NCBI GenBank assembly: GCA_034530615.2
Contig: JAVRCV020000009.1
Span: forward strand, 8,014-72,013
DNA from: Aulosira sp. ZfuVER01
GTDB taxonomy: Bacteria; Cyanobacteriota; Cyanobacteriia; Cyanobacteriales; Nostocaceae
Reading direction: 5' to 3'
DNA length: 64,000 nt
The translations under genes were made by a program, and so were the position numbers. Numbering within the stretch: the first letter of the stretch is position 1; every line of letters begins with the position of its first letter. The notes under the pieces were generated by a model, which saw only the letters and a list, made by a program, of their open reading frames with translations, did not search any database and had not been told where the DNA came from. Positions 63,184 to 64,000 of the stretch are shown one piece after another.

Positions 63184-63811
63184 TTTTCTAGTGACCTAAC
63201 TTTGTCAGATGAGAAGATCATCGACTATTACAAACTACGTTTCCAAATCGAATTTAATTTTACGTGAGTTCGACGGATTAGAAAACCGCAGGAGGTAGTG
63301 CAGGCAAATCTTTTGGGTAAATATCAATCGACGGTTTTTTGGGCAAGTAGGTGTAAGCAGCCAAACCAGCCATCAAATTGACCAAAAAGTTAAACACACT
63401 ACGACGCTCCCCCTTTGTAGATGGTAACTGTGGTATTTGTTGCCACAAATTCTCCCACTGGTGACAAAAATCATCTACATCACAAAAGATTTGTTCTATA
63501 TCCAGGCGAGATACAATGGTACACTAAGCCCTAATCCTCATTTTTCTTCGATATTTTTAGTCTCGGCGTTTTTTTGTGCCTTTTTTACTCACTCTCAATC
63601 AATCTTAGCGATCGCACTTCGTCTATCCAGTTAAGCAAATTCTTATCTAGCAAGCTTTTTGGGCTGTTCTATCCGTCGAACTCACGTTAATTTTCGGGAT
63701 GCCAAGCAATTCTGGAGATTAGAAGATTTTATGAACATCGGTCAAACTGCTGTCACTAATGCTGCTAATCTCTCATTTTTTATGGTCAACTTATCCCATT
63801 ACCTTCTAGCT
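63184..63811 (+). pseudogene. IS4-like DDE transposase fragment interrupted by mini-IS982
   Basis: FSSDLTLSDEKIIDYYKLRFQIEFNF | RDAKQFWRLEDFMN reads in frame once the insert and one target duplication are removed. Confidence 0.75.
63262..63687 (-). mobile_element. Internally deleted IS982-family element
   Basis: Perfect 17-bp TIR acgtgagttcgacggat, 7-bp target duplication taatttt, transposase N-terminus (IFCDVDDFC) fused to C-terminus (RSVFNFLVNLMAGLAAY..PKKPS). Confidence 0.85.
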
Positions 63812-63950
63812 CTTGAACCCTTGGAAATTGGCGAAGGTATTGTAGGAATAGACAACAAAGCGAGCAAAATTGATTGCTTTGCCAGAAACTCCATGAGATG
63901 CGCTCACAAGTGTTTCAGCCTCATTCTCATTTTCAGGATAAGTCTAATAG

Positions 63951-63987
63951 CAAAAAGCCCCTGCAAAATTACATGGAGGGGCTTTTG
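63951..63987. terminator. Hairpin terminator
   Basis: caaaaagcccct...aggggcttttg. Confidence 0.6.
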
Positions 63988-64000
63988 TGAGATTATAAAC

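Noticed and set aside
63437..63634. 65-aa plus-strand ORF
   Set aside because: Lies within the IS982 remnant, antisense to its transposase.
1..64000. Frequent GCGATCGC octamers
   Set aside because: HIP1, an established genome-wide cyanobacterial feature; used only as a taxonomic clue.

Overview
Chromosomal window from a filamentous, heterocyst-forming cyanobacterium (Nostocales-like). This is inferred from abundant HIP1 GCGATCGC sites, heptamer STRR arrays and a fraC-fraD-fraE/fraF cluster. Housekeeping genes (rpmG-rpsR, RNase II, cobO, dacB, leuB, pilD, accD) alternate with accessory modules: (i) a non-clock KaiC-like double ATPase paired with an atypical-receiver histidine kinase; (ii) a Che-like photosensory operon with a soluble four-GAF cyanobacteriochrome MCP and no stand-alone CheY/PatA; (iii) general-stress genes (KGG, CsbD, GlsB/YeaQ, TIGR02587/88) sharing an upstream motif; (iv) a fluoride riboswitch with a visible terminator platform upstream of a CLC-F::DUF190 fusion, beside a crcB remnant; (v) a metal locus with a degenerate cobalamin-riboswitch-like leader, cbtB, an uncharacterised His-rich membrane protein, mntH with a ManR box, and a P1B-ATPase with an SmtB-type box; (vi) a 21-bp tandem array open in only one frame as a heptad repeat; (vii) an internally deleted IS982 nested in an IS4-like transposase remnant next to a Uma2 remnant. 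No rRNA, tRNA or CRISPR array was recognised. All calls come from motif recognition by eye; no database searches were run.
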